Shown in pieces: positions 53,272-64,000 of a stretch of 64,000 bases of DNA; position 1 is the first letter of the stretch; each line of letters opens with the position of its first letter. The DNA is from Microbotryum violaceum (Eukaryota). The position numbers were made by a program, and so were the translations under genes. The stretch spans positions 1-64,000 of the forward strand of contig CDLV01000010.1 in the NCBI GenBank assembly GCA_001244265.2. Direction: 5' to 3'. The notes beneath the pieces were generated by a model that saw only the letters and a program-made list of their open reading frames with translations, was not told the origin of the DNA and made no database searches.

Positions 53272-53406
53272 CGTCGTCCGCCGGTTGATGTGCAGCGCGG
53301 TGCACGGCAAGAGGGAGCGCGAAGAGCCAGCCTGCGACGCGCTTGTACGACGTTTGGTTAAGTTTGGCCACGAATTCGGTGACCGGACGAATGACGCGCC
53401 TTGGCT

Positions 53407-53450
53407 CGCTCAGCCACGCTCAGCCACGCTCAGCCACGCTCAGCCACGCT
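53407..53450. repeat. (GCTCAGCCAC)x4 minisatellite in the ~240-bp divergent NUP85/APS2 intergenic region
   Basis: Direct 10-bp tandem repeat. Confidence 0.85.
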
Positions 53451-53514
53451 TTTGTCACCTCCTTTCCCCACCTCGGGCTCCCCACCGGTACGACGTCGTA
53501 CGACCTACCTCAAC

Positions 53515-54447
53515 ATGATCCGCTTTATTCTCGTTCAGGTCAGTCGAGCATACCCTCACCTTCACTGGCATCTGAGCCGACAGCTGAAGCTGCTTCGCCC
53601 GCCCATCTCATCGTCATCATCGGCCACTCCGTCGTACGACCTACTGACCTCCTATTCTCCACTTGTTACTACCGACGCAATCGCTCCATCCAGAACCGGC
53701 ACGGAAAGACACGGTTATCAAAGTGGTGTAAGCAGTGGTCACACTCTATCTCGAGTCCCGTGGTCTCCTTTCCCCCCACCTCAGCTCGTGTACGACCTTC
53801 AATTCCAGAGCCCCTGTGGCCGCGAGGATGGAGTCTGCAGGATCTCTTCATCCTGAACTAAAGCTGACCACCAACTAATCTGTCAGATGTTCCCCTGGAC
53901 GACCAAGAGAAACAATCGATGCGGGGCGAGATCCACCGTCTGATCGCGCCGAGGGACCAAAAGTACCAATCCAATTTTGCCGAAGTAAGGACCCAATCCA
54001 CCTTCTATTTCCCCCACAACGTTCTTTTTTTCTTCCTACTGACCTCTCCACTCTTTTTCCCTTTTTCATTCCGACTCATAGTTCCGGAACCACAAGATCG
54101 TGTACCGTCGCTACGCGGGTCTCTTTTTCACCTTCTGCGTCGACGCGAACGACAACGAACTCGTATGGCTCGAGGCGATTCATCTCTTCGTCGAAGTACT
54201 AGGTACGCCCTCCCCATCGATCGAGATATACTTCCCCCAAGTCGTGTAACTAATCCTTCCCCCTCCTCTGACTCACCCGACGTCCGAACCAGACGCTTTT
54301 TTCGGCAACGTCTGTGAACTCGACCTCGTCTTTCACTTTTACAAAGTCTACGCCATCTTGGACGAGATCTTCCTGGCTGGAGAAGTGGAGGAGACGAGTA
54401 AGGCCGTCATTTTGGATCGGTTGGATTATTTGGACAAGTTGGAGTGA
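53515..54447 (+). CDS. APS2: AP-2 adaptor complex sigma subunit, multi-exon
   Basis: [19 protein letters not shown]...[17 protein letters not shown]...[12 protein letters not shown]...[26 protein letters not shown]...LDKLE*. Confidence 0.92.
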
Positions 54448-54685
54448 GCGAGGCGAGGCACCTCATCCCTGGAAGGGAGTAGAAACGTTCGGTGTAGGTT
54501 CGTAAGGTGTATGGCAGTGCATGTATGTATATGTAATAGCAAGCATTACCAAGGCCAATAACCCAAAGATGGCCCTATACCGACCCCTCTCTCGCAAGCC
54601 TTTCAGTTCAAAACCGAGAAGCTGATCAAGAATTGCAAAATTACCCCCTACCAAGATACCTCATCCCACACCCCTCAACCTCCCT

Positions 54686-56064
54686 CTAATTCTTCGCCTC
54701 CCCCTCCTCTCCAAAATACTCCGGCAAGATATACCTATACTTATCCAAGTCCTCCTGCTTGACAAAGTCATGCCTCGTCATCAAGCTCCACTTCATCCCT
54801 CCCCTAGCACTCTCAATCTCCCCATTACTAAGAGCATCATGAACCTTTCCCAAAATCTCCGCCGTAATATGTTTGCTCAACGAAGCGTTGCTCGAAAGTA
54901 TTTTCATCACTTCTTCAACGGTGACGGGTGCGTGGCCAATTCGCCAGGCGTCATAATCCGTCGAAGTACAAACGAGCGCGTAGCTATAAGAAAGACAAAG
55001 GATCAATGACCGCCGTGTTCACCCACCTGAAGTCCCACACAAAAAACCACATTCTCAATCACTCACTTCAACTCTGCCTCCCTAGCCAATTTCGCCTCGG
55101 GAATCGTCGACATGTTAATAATATCCCCACCCCACATACGATAAACGTTGCTCTCGGCCCGGGTCGAGAATTGTGGACCTTCCATCACGATCAACGTCTT
55201 TTCCGAGTGTAGACGTGGTTTCGAATCACCGTCTTGAACGTTGGAAGAGAACGAGTCGATCGCGGCTTCGATATGGGGAACGAGGAATTGGGACAGAGCC
55301 ACGGAGAAGGGTTCGCCGAACATGGCGTGGCCGACTAGAGAAGAGTCAAAGAAGGTTGAGGGGCGGATTCCCTGAAGGGATGTGGAAGGGAGGAAAGAGT
55401 CAGATGAAGTAGTCAAGGAAGGACGAAAACTGGAACCGGACCTTGGTTCGATCGATGATCTGATCGGGCACGACCAAATCTCCACTAGGGAATCCAACCC
55501 AACCAGAGCGAGATCGTCAGCATTTCAAAACGCGGGTCGACCATCCTCCTGACCTTACCAACAGACTCACGGCCTAACCTCCTCCCTCAAGCTCCCAACA
55601 GCAGAAAAAGCGACGATGGCCTGCACGCCCAAATGCTTCAACGCGGCAATGTTGGCCCTCGCAGGGACGTGACTAGGCATGATGGAATGGGTGGGCGAAT
55701 GACGAGCGATGAAGGCGACCGAGACGTCTTGGCCGGGTTGATCGGGCCGCGAGAGGGTCGCGATGGTGATGGGGGACGATGGCTTGCCCCACGGCTGTTG
55801 CGGGAGGGAATATACGAGCATCAGCTCTCATTCAGCAATCATGGGTTCCACGGTCTAGTGAGCTTCACCACACAGTATCAACATCGATCGTCTGCTGGAT
55901 CGTAAAGTTATCGAGCTTGTACAAGCCCGATCCACCGATAACACCTGCCAGAATCCAAGCGAAATCAGTTTTCTGAGCTCCGCAAGCCGTCTCCGTCCAG
56001 GATTCGGCTACGGACCAACCAAAGGCGGGTTCTCCATCAACTTGGGGTAGTTGGCGTAGACCAT
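54686..56064 (-). CDS. MEU1: S-methyl-5'-thioadenosine phosphorylase (MTAP), multi-exon
   Basis: [70 protein letters not shown]. Confidence 0.93.
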
Positions 56065-56494
56065 GTTGGGCGAGAAGGAGTGACGGAAGAGGCTGGAGGG
56101 AAGGAGTGGACGACGAGCGAGTCGCATTCACGAGAGAAGGAAAGCCGGAGAGCAGCCCGGGCCGCGCGCGCACGTTTACTGTTTCCGCTCTCAAGAAAAT
56201 CGCGAGCGCGCCGGCGGATGACATATGACATTATCGCACGACAACTACACTCGCGCAGATAGGGGTTCATGAGTCGGGAGCAATCAGCGCCTTTCACAGC
56301 GGAGCGACCCCATGTACCATAAAGAGTCTAGATTGCATAAGGCAACGGAATCCTTCCAATTTGAAAAAAAGAAACACAATCTATCAAGCCCCCTTCCTCC
56401 ATCCCCTCCGGCGCCGAAAAAATGATCGGCCGACCGAGTTGAGAAGAGAGGAAAGCCGAAGCGACCCAAGTCCCGCCAGACAGCTCCGCGCTCA

Positions 56495-58200
56495 CTTTTC
56501 ACCAGACCACTCTAGATTGACCATCTTCAGGTTTACATCATGACGGCATACGCAGGCAACGAGTCCGGTGTCGACTACTCGTAACGAGGTTGAGCCAGCT
56601 CCATCGTCGGCAACCTTCCCTCTGTGCACGCCTACGAGGGTGAATAGGTGTAGAGGTAAGCGATCCCATTAAGGCAAATGCAAAGCGCGGCATTACTCAC
56701 TATTCTGGTCGGCCGCACCGAAGTTTCAACCTCGGCCTTGATCGCCTGAACTTGTTCCTCACCCAAGAAAATGTCTGGAACGATTCCTTGGACGTCGTGC
56801 TTCGAGTCTTTCTCACGCGTTTGCTGAAAGTTGCCGTCGCATGCAAGCACGCAATCCAATGTGACGTCGTGACAAGGTTGATTTTGTCGTATTGGCCCGA
56901 AGCACGCGGGACACTTGTCGGAATACGAATCGATGGTGCCTACGAGAAGGTCGCCGCTGTTCTTCTCGCATGTTTCAAGAGCGCGGTACTCGTCAATCGC
57001 CCTTTGCAGTTGCTTCCAAAGGTCTTTGTCCTGCATGCGCGGGAAGGCAGGCTTTAAGCATGTGCCCTTGAAACGATGGCGCCGTCCAAAACTCACCCAA
57101 GGATGTCCCGTGTAGTGACCTCGACCCCACCCACAACGGGAGTAATACTCTTTGAGGGAGTCCGCATAGCCGGTGAGAGCGCAGGGGTTGACCTTCCAGC
57201 TCGCGTGGGCCTGCTCGACCAGTCGAAATGAGAAGGCGGTCATCGGCATTGAAGCGGTCGAAGAGATGAACCCTAGTTGGGCCAAGCGCTCGACGTCCGT
57301 AGCACACCGCGACTCGGAGGCACAGAATCTGACCTGCAGTTTGTAGACTGAAGGCACAGGTAAAGAGGGAGACACGCATCAGTGCTCGGTTCGTGACTGA
57401 AACTCCGAGACAGTGAAGCTGAGCTACCTTGTCACGTACATGCCGTCACATCGTACAAGATAATCTCACGAGTGAGTATGCAATTGCACGCACATGGCGG
57501 CGGAGCATTGTGGTCATCAAGATTTTCTGCCGATACGAGCGGTCGTAGATGGAGCTTGCTGTGGTGGCGGAACTCGAGGAAGCGCCCAAACAGCTTGGGA
57601 CGGAGCGATTTCCGAAGCTCAGCGTCAAACGTGACGTATTTGAGATAGCCTTCTGGTTTGGCAGTGTTGGGCGGAGTGAGCGCGGGCTGCGCAGGGCGCG
57701 CAGACTCGTATAGTTGTATAGTTGTCGGTGGGTGGGGTGTGGGGGTGAGTCGGAGATGTCGACACGTGTGTGTACAGTCGATTCCAGCGCATTTTCCGAC
57801 GCAAGGTCGATCCTACCCAAGTCCTCCTTATCCACCCGCACTCCTTCCTGCTTAAAGTCGTCCAGATCTCGGGTGATGTCACTTCCATGAGTGTGATGTG
57901 AGGCCGAAGCGCCTGGGATGAGTTCGTGTTGTGGAGGGGGGAATGTGGACGACGTGGAGCTGGATGTAAGCGTGGGTGCTGTTGACGAGCTCGCATTGGG
58001 TAACTCTTTCTTTTTCCTTTTACGACCACCTTTGTCGACGAAGGTTCTGTAGGGGGTTGAGTAGTTGAGGGCAGAAAGGCATCCTGCAGGTCGAAGTCGG
58101 GGTGGTCGGGGTGGTCCGACGGTTTGGACTTGGGCAGCCGAACGTTGAACACCGAGCGATATCTTCCCGAAGTCCCGCGACCGCTTCAGACATGCAGTGC
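56495..58200 (-). mobile_element. KDZ (Kyakuja-Dileera-Zisupton) transposase remnant with CxC1-like cluster, 3'-truncated
   Basis: RFC...C...LAQLGF...AFSFRL, CPACFG, ACDGNFQQ, and in the next exon DTGLVACVCRHD...SGEK (hand-read 56495-56575). Confidence 0.75.
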
Positions 58201-58765
58201 ATGTGCTTTGACGACACCCGAAAGATGCGAGAAAAAGATGAAGGAAGGAATGCCAATCTAGCAGCTGTGAGAGTGTTGTGTGTACACAGAATCGACTCGA
58301 TGCAGAGAGTTGGCGTAACCTGGACCAAATTTGCTACCTGGGGTAGCAAGGTTGCAATCCGCCGTGATTATGGCTTGGAAGGCATGTGGGGGGCTGCACG
58401 CGCGCCTGTTGAGGCGTACTTTTTATGTTTGCCCGAGGTGATTGGCATTGTGGAATCGGATTTCACTCCAGATGGAACTGAGGATGTTGATGCGTCAGAA
58501 ATTGCTGCAGCGCCAGCCTGGAGTTCGAAAGGAAAAGACAGGAAAAGGGAAAGAAGTTGCTCGTCTGCTGGGAGTGCGATCTGAGGGTACAACGTTGCTG
58601 TTCAAGACCTAAATACGTGCGTCACGTTCGGCCCTGTCCGCTATGCCTCGTGCCCTGTCCACGAATCTAGCATCGCATTGCGAGCTTACCATACAAAGCG
58701 ATGTGTTTCATTCGCCCTACACATAGCTTGATTTAAAAAATAAATAAAAAATGCCCCGGCGATAC

Positions 58766-61355
58766 CTAGATAGGATAAGGGTGCGGTTCATTGACGGTGA
58801 TGGTCTTGAACTGCATGAACTCGCGGATGCCTTCGATGCCATTGAAACTAGGAGACGAGAGGACCGAACTCGCGCGGATCAACACGAAAGTTCCTTGATC
58901 TACTCTGTTGGCACTAGTTTCGTAACTCACCGTCCGTAACCACTCTTCTTCCACACACCATGGGGATGCGCCGCCGAATCATGCACCTGTCATACCGAAC
59001 CAAACCCGTCAGCGATCGGTGTCGCACCTCCCACTGCCCGCCTCGCTTGGCCCGCTGTCCGGCATGTCAGTAGTACTCACCGAAGCGCCATTGATGTGCA
59101 CAGCACCCGAATTAATTTCTTCGGCCAACTTCATTCCTCGTGCGACATCGGTCGTGAAGACCGAAGCAGACAATCCATACTCGTGGTCATTGGCGATACG
59201 GATCGCGTCCTCCTCGTCCTTGAACTGTGCGCATTGCTAGATCAATTTCTTCTACGGAATTCGCTTGATGGTGAAGAAGCACGAATGCGACTTACTGTGA
59301 CGATCGAGAAGACAGGTGCGAACATCTCGGTTTTGTAAATTTCTGCGATATCAGGATTCCGATTTCGAAGAACCAACGATCAGCCAGCCGAAGATCGATC
59401 GAGTATATTCCAACCTCCCACTCACGCATCTTGGGCGTCACACCCTGCAACAAGATCGGCTGCACCAAATTGCCCTCGACCTTCCACTCTCCCGCAGCGA
59501 CTTTCGCGCCCTTACCCAACGCATCATCGACGATACCCTTCGCTCGTTCGGCCGAAGCTTGGGTAAACAAACCACGAAGAGGGGCTCCTTCGCTAGCGGC
59601 GGAGACTTTCTTGGCGTGCGCGTTGAGGAGACCGACAAGTTTGTCGGCGATCGGTTCATGTGCGATAACGGTTTGCGTCGCCATGCATACTTGACCGCTT
59701 TGTGAAATTTCCAACGCAAGACGTGAATATTGAGCTTCTAGTGCGCGGTCACCGTTTATTTACATATGCACTCACGAGTTCAGCCACCCGCCGAATGCGA
59801 TGGCTTGGCAAGCGCTGAGGAGTCAAGAAGCGCAGAGTGTCAACGTTGAGATCACGATGAACCGAAATCAGTCAACTTGGCTGCTCACCTTCTGAGATCC
59901 GCATCGTGACAGACGATAGCAGGAGCCTTGCCACCCAACTCGAGGACAAGAGGCTGAGGTTCCAAAAGACGAGCAAACGTTATTTACAGGAGCACAAAAA
60001 GATGCAGGCTGGAGCGCAGCCAACGGCGTACCTTGATATGCTTTCCAGCGATAGAGGCGATGATGGAGCCGACGTGAGTCGAACCAGTGAAGCTGGGCAG
60101 AAATCCTTGAGTCCGTCGCACCGAAGAAGCAGGCGCCATCGGAAATTCGGCTTACTTGATTTTGCCGACGGCGTCGTGTGCGATGATAGCTTCACAGACG
60201 GCGGGAGCATCCTTGGGAGCGACGTGAACGACATTCAAGACTGGGACGAAATCGAATGGACAACCAGTCAGATCAAGCACAGATACAGTCCTCTTTGAAA
60301 CTGGGAGAACTTCTCACCACCGGCCGGAAGACCGGCGTCGTGCATGAGTTGCGCGAGCGTCAACTGCGTTTTCGGTGACATCTCTGACGTTTTGAGGATG
60401 CAAGCGTTTCCGCCAATGATCTGTTTGCAAGGCGACAGACGTGAAACGAAACTTGTTCAGTAGGAATTCGATGCCGATGGAATTAATCCAATTCCTGCTC
60501 GCCACAAAATCGCCGACGTGAAGACTCACCGGGTTGAGTGCTGCTCGCTGACTCAGCACGAAAGGGGCGTTCCAAGGAGCCATCGCGAACACCACGCCGT
60601 ATGGACACCTCGAGATGTCTAAAATGGGCCTAAGACAATCTTTTCAGCGGATCGAAGCATCATATCCTCGTGAGACTCTGGACCGACCCGAAGCTTACAG
60701 GCTCGTTTCCCGGCCTCGGTCGTTGCGATCTCGCCTCGGTCGTTGCGATCTCGCCTCGGAGTGCAAGAGTGGCACTGGCGGCCGCTTCTTCGATGCTGCA
60801 AATATGACAAGACAAGTTTCAACAAACGTAAGATCTGTACATTCCGCCCTAATATCTGAGACCCACCTGTCGATGCCCATAAAGACCTCGAAGCCGGCCC
60901 ATCCCGGACCTGACGTCGTCTCGGCGACTTCAACCGCGGCATAGTCACCCTGACGTTCCTTTAGCAGAGCCGCGGCCTTGAGAAAGATGTTGCGTCGCTC
61001 GATCACGGGAGTCTAATCGCGTAGAGAGATGTGGATTCGTGAAAAGCGATACAGATGATAACTTGCTTGATCAGTAACCAGACACCTCTGCGAAGACGAT
61101 GTCATCTCCGCCGGTCGGCTTTCGGGCTGCATCTATGATGCTGCTCACCTTCTTCCACGTTTTGAAAGCGCGAGCCGATGTCTCGAGGATCTTGGGCACG
61201 TTATGGACCGTGATGGACGAGACTTGGTGCAAAACCTTGGAGTTGTCGTGAGGGTCCAAAACCTCGTACTGGGACGAGCCGTGGAAGAGCTTCCCGTCGA
61301 CATAGCGAGGGACGATCTGGGACTTGGAGCTCAGCAAGTCGAGCGAAGATGACAA
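58766..61355 (-). pseudogene. Aromatic-type aldehyde dehydrogenase (salicylaldehyde/vanillin DH-like), apparently disrupted
   Basis: MAPWNAPF, FTGSTHVG, LELGGKAP, SGQVCMAT, EMFAP. A 20-bp tandem duplication at 60721-60759 shifts the frame, and TTG stands at the expected start (61355). Confidence 0.75.
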
Positions 61356-62149
61356 GGCTTTTGACTGGTTGATCAACTCGGAGAGTGTGCGCAAGGAGGT
61401 GGCACAAAACAAAAGTAGTGCGACAGTCAAGTGCGTATTTAACTCGTTCTTAGATTTCCCCACACGCCACCCACTTCCCACGCCTGCAGACTTCGATGTC
61501 TCTCCGCCTCCACATAGGTAATGGGGTCCTCCACCCCACTCCGGAGGCCGAGCCGTCGGTGATTGGCGCGTCGATTGCCCGAGCTCGAGCTCGGCAGATC
61601 CAGTTATGCTTCGCTCGACCAAACGTGGCAAAACCTTGAAGCACAGCCCAGGGCCATGAATGACGTGGGTCTCGAAGAGAAAAAAAACCCGGTAGGAACC
61701 ACAAGAATGCCCAATGGCGTGTTTTCGGTATTACCACTCCCAGCTTTGCACCTTCACAAGATCAAGCCTAAGCGTTAATTGTCGCCAGAGCCATCTCGCC
61801 CGGCCTTCGGGCGCTCACGAGGGGCTGCGGCCTCGACTTCGGTGTGGTCACCAAATCGGCCGGATCAAACCCCCTGTTGACAAAACCCCTACTGACTTCG
61901 ATCTCAATAACAGATCAGTCTTAAAAATCCACGATACCAGCGGGCGCCTCCCCTGACGGAGCAAAATTCGCCGGGAGGAGCAGCCTCGGCAATATTGCGA
62001 TTTTTACGATGACAAATCGGGCTTCGCTGATTCTCGAGCGGAAACGGACCGCCTACGTGCAGCTATGTTCATAATGACAAAACTGCGGTTACATAAGCTG
62101 AGAACTACAATTGCGAAATAAACCGGAGACTGCTGAGGGATCTCCCGCT

Positions 62150-63695
62150 TCAGAAGCAGAGGATCGGCTTGATCACCTGTCAAAGGAACCACCGTACAAT
62201 TTTGAGCAACCCAATAGAAGAGTGCGCCAGAAAGGGAAAAGAAAAAACGTACCGATCCATCTTTCATTGCTTTGAAGGCCGCTTCGAACTCGGTGATGGG
62301 GTATTGGGCGGTGAATTTCTCAAGAGGCAAGAAGCCGGCCCTACGCATCTCGAGCAGCTGAGGGATAAACACAGGAGAATGCGAGGCTCCTTCCACTGTG
62401 GTGCCAAATGATTTCGTCAGCGCGATTACTCTACCAAGACGTGAACAGCATAAAAGACTGACCGTTGCCAACAAAGGACAAGTGTCGAACTTGCGCGACG
62501 TTGATCTGAACATGCGAAAAACAAGTCAGTATTTGCTGTTCCCCGAGATATGGCGAATGGCGACCGAGAAAATGCTCACATCCAACGAAAATTCAGTTCC
62601 CTGAGAGAATACTCCGAGCTGGCACAACTTCCCTCCGCTACCCAACAACCCCCAAGCGGCGTACATGCACGCTTTGACACCCGAAGCCTCGATCGCAAAA
62701 TCAAGCATTTCGCCCCCAGTGATTTCCTTGATTCTCGCTTCGACGTCCTCCGTCTTTCCATTGATACAGTGCGTTGCACCGCATTCTCGAGCTAGCTCCA
62801 AGCGACTGGGGACGATGTCGATAGCGATGATGGTCTTGACGCCAAGGTACGCTGCGGCGCAAATCGCAGCGACTCCGACACCTCCGAGACCCCAGACACC
62901 GACGAAGGAGTCCGAAGCGGGTTTGAGGACGTTCAAGACAGAGCCGGCTCTACAAGGAGGACATAACGACGTCAAAAAAGTTCTTGAATTAACGAAACCC
63001 ATATATCCCACTAACCCAGTTTGAATGCCACAGCCCAAGGGTGCCAAGAGTGCAAGCTCGGAGAAAGCAGGAATTTTTACGCACTGGAAAGCATCGACGC
63101 CAATGGCATGTAAGTTCAGGATATCGGACGAGATAGTGTGCCCTCTACTCACACTATTCGCTGCCGCCAAAGTATACTCGGAAAATGAAGACTGCCCGAA
63201 GAACATCCCCGCGATAGGCTCCCCGGTCTCCGAATCTTCGGCGAAATGTGGCTTGCCCTCCCCACTTCGCGCGAGGCTGAAATTGAGCGGAAGCCACGCC
63301 TTGCATTGCGAGGTCTTCTTGGCGTGGCACAAACGACAGTCCGAGCAGAAGTTGAAGCTGAGAAGGACCGAATCACCTTTCTCGAGACCGGTCACGTCTG
63401 GGCCAACGCTTTCGACACTGCCCCGCGATAGGCACGTGACCTCGTGTCAGCGGAGCCACCAGGGGGGATGGACTGAAAGTCACTGCACGTACATTCCAGC
63501 GCCTTCGTGCCCAAGACAAGAAGGGAATTGTCCCGGTAGAACCCCGGATTGCACCGATAAATCAGAGTGACAAACCCCACACGCAATCATCTTGACGAGC
63601 ACTTCTCCTCGTCTCGGATCATCAACGACGACTTCGCGCAATTCGAAAGGGGCATTGACTTCGGATAGGATGAGCGCTTTCGATGTCGTAGGCAT
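62150..63695 (-). CDS. Zn-dependent medium-chain alcohol dehydrogenase (aryl/benzyl alcohol DH-like), multi-exon
   Basis: GVCHSD, LGHEGAG, C..C..C.......C, FFGQSSFS, APLGCGIQTG, GLGGVG, VIKPILCF*. Confidence 0.92.
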
Positions 63696-64000
63696 CTTGC
63701 TTCAGGATCGATGGTTCGAGAGGTGAAAGGGTAGGAGGAGGAGACAAAAAGCGTTGGACGAGTCGTGGGAGTAGGAGCGTGTGAACAAATCACAACAGAG
63801 CCCGTCCGGCCCCTAGCAATTCTCGAAACCCGCCGTCGCGGGGAAGCCACGAGCACCGAAATGCGGGGCCCAACATGTGATGAATCTCGCACGGACTTGG
63901 CACCTGGGGGCCGGAAAATCTATTCCCCGCCTTTAGTATAACCGAGAGCGCGAGTTCTTTTCTCCTGAATCCTGGTCTTTGGCCGTTTACAAGCCAAAAC

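Overview
Eukaryotic, intron-containing DNA from a basidiomycete fungus. The GC-rich, TCG-rich style, FunK1 kinases, KDZ transposase and TCG->TTG decay in repeats suggest Pucciniomycotina, probably Microbotryum; this is inference. The window has two halves. About 1-33.4 kb is a degenerate accessory zone: three copies of a non-coding element carrying 84-bp tandem arrays, two disrupted FunK1 kinase genes, another nuclease-fold+kinase pseudogene, F-box-like and IRC3-like pseudogenes, and several inverted duplications. About 34.2-64 kb holds conserved genes: F-BAR/SH3 (Hof1/Cdc15-like), SPX phosphate transporter, M3 oligopeptidase, NYN/PIN-like protein, Nup85, AP-2 sigma, MTAP, aldehyde dehydrogenase and Zn-alcohol dehydrogenase. 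A Copia remnant and a KDZ remnant interrupt it. The best candidate for an undescribed system is at 26.65-32.15 kb: a head-to-tail stack of about eight 5'-truncated L1/Tx1-like retrotransposon insertions from two families. All share one orientation, each begins with a T tract, and the stack ends 49 bp upstream of a tRNA-Val(TAC) gene with 5' ends facing it. This geometry matches Dictyostelium TRE5 tRNA targeting. Coordinates and exon structures were read by eye and no searches were run.
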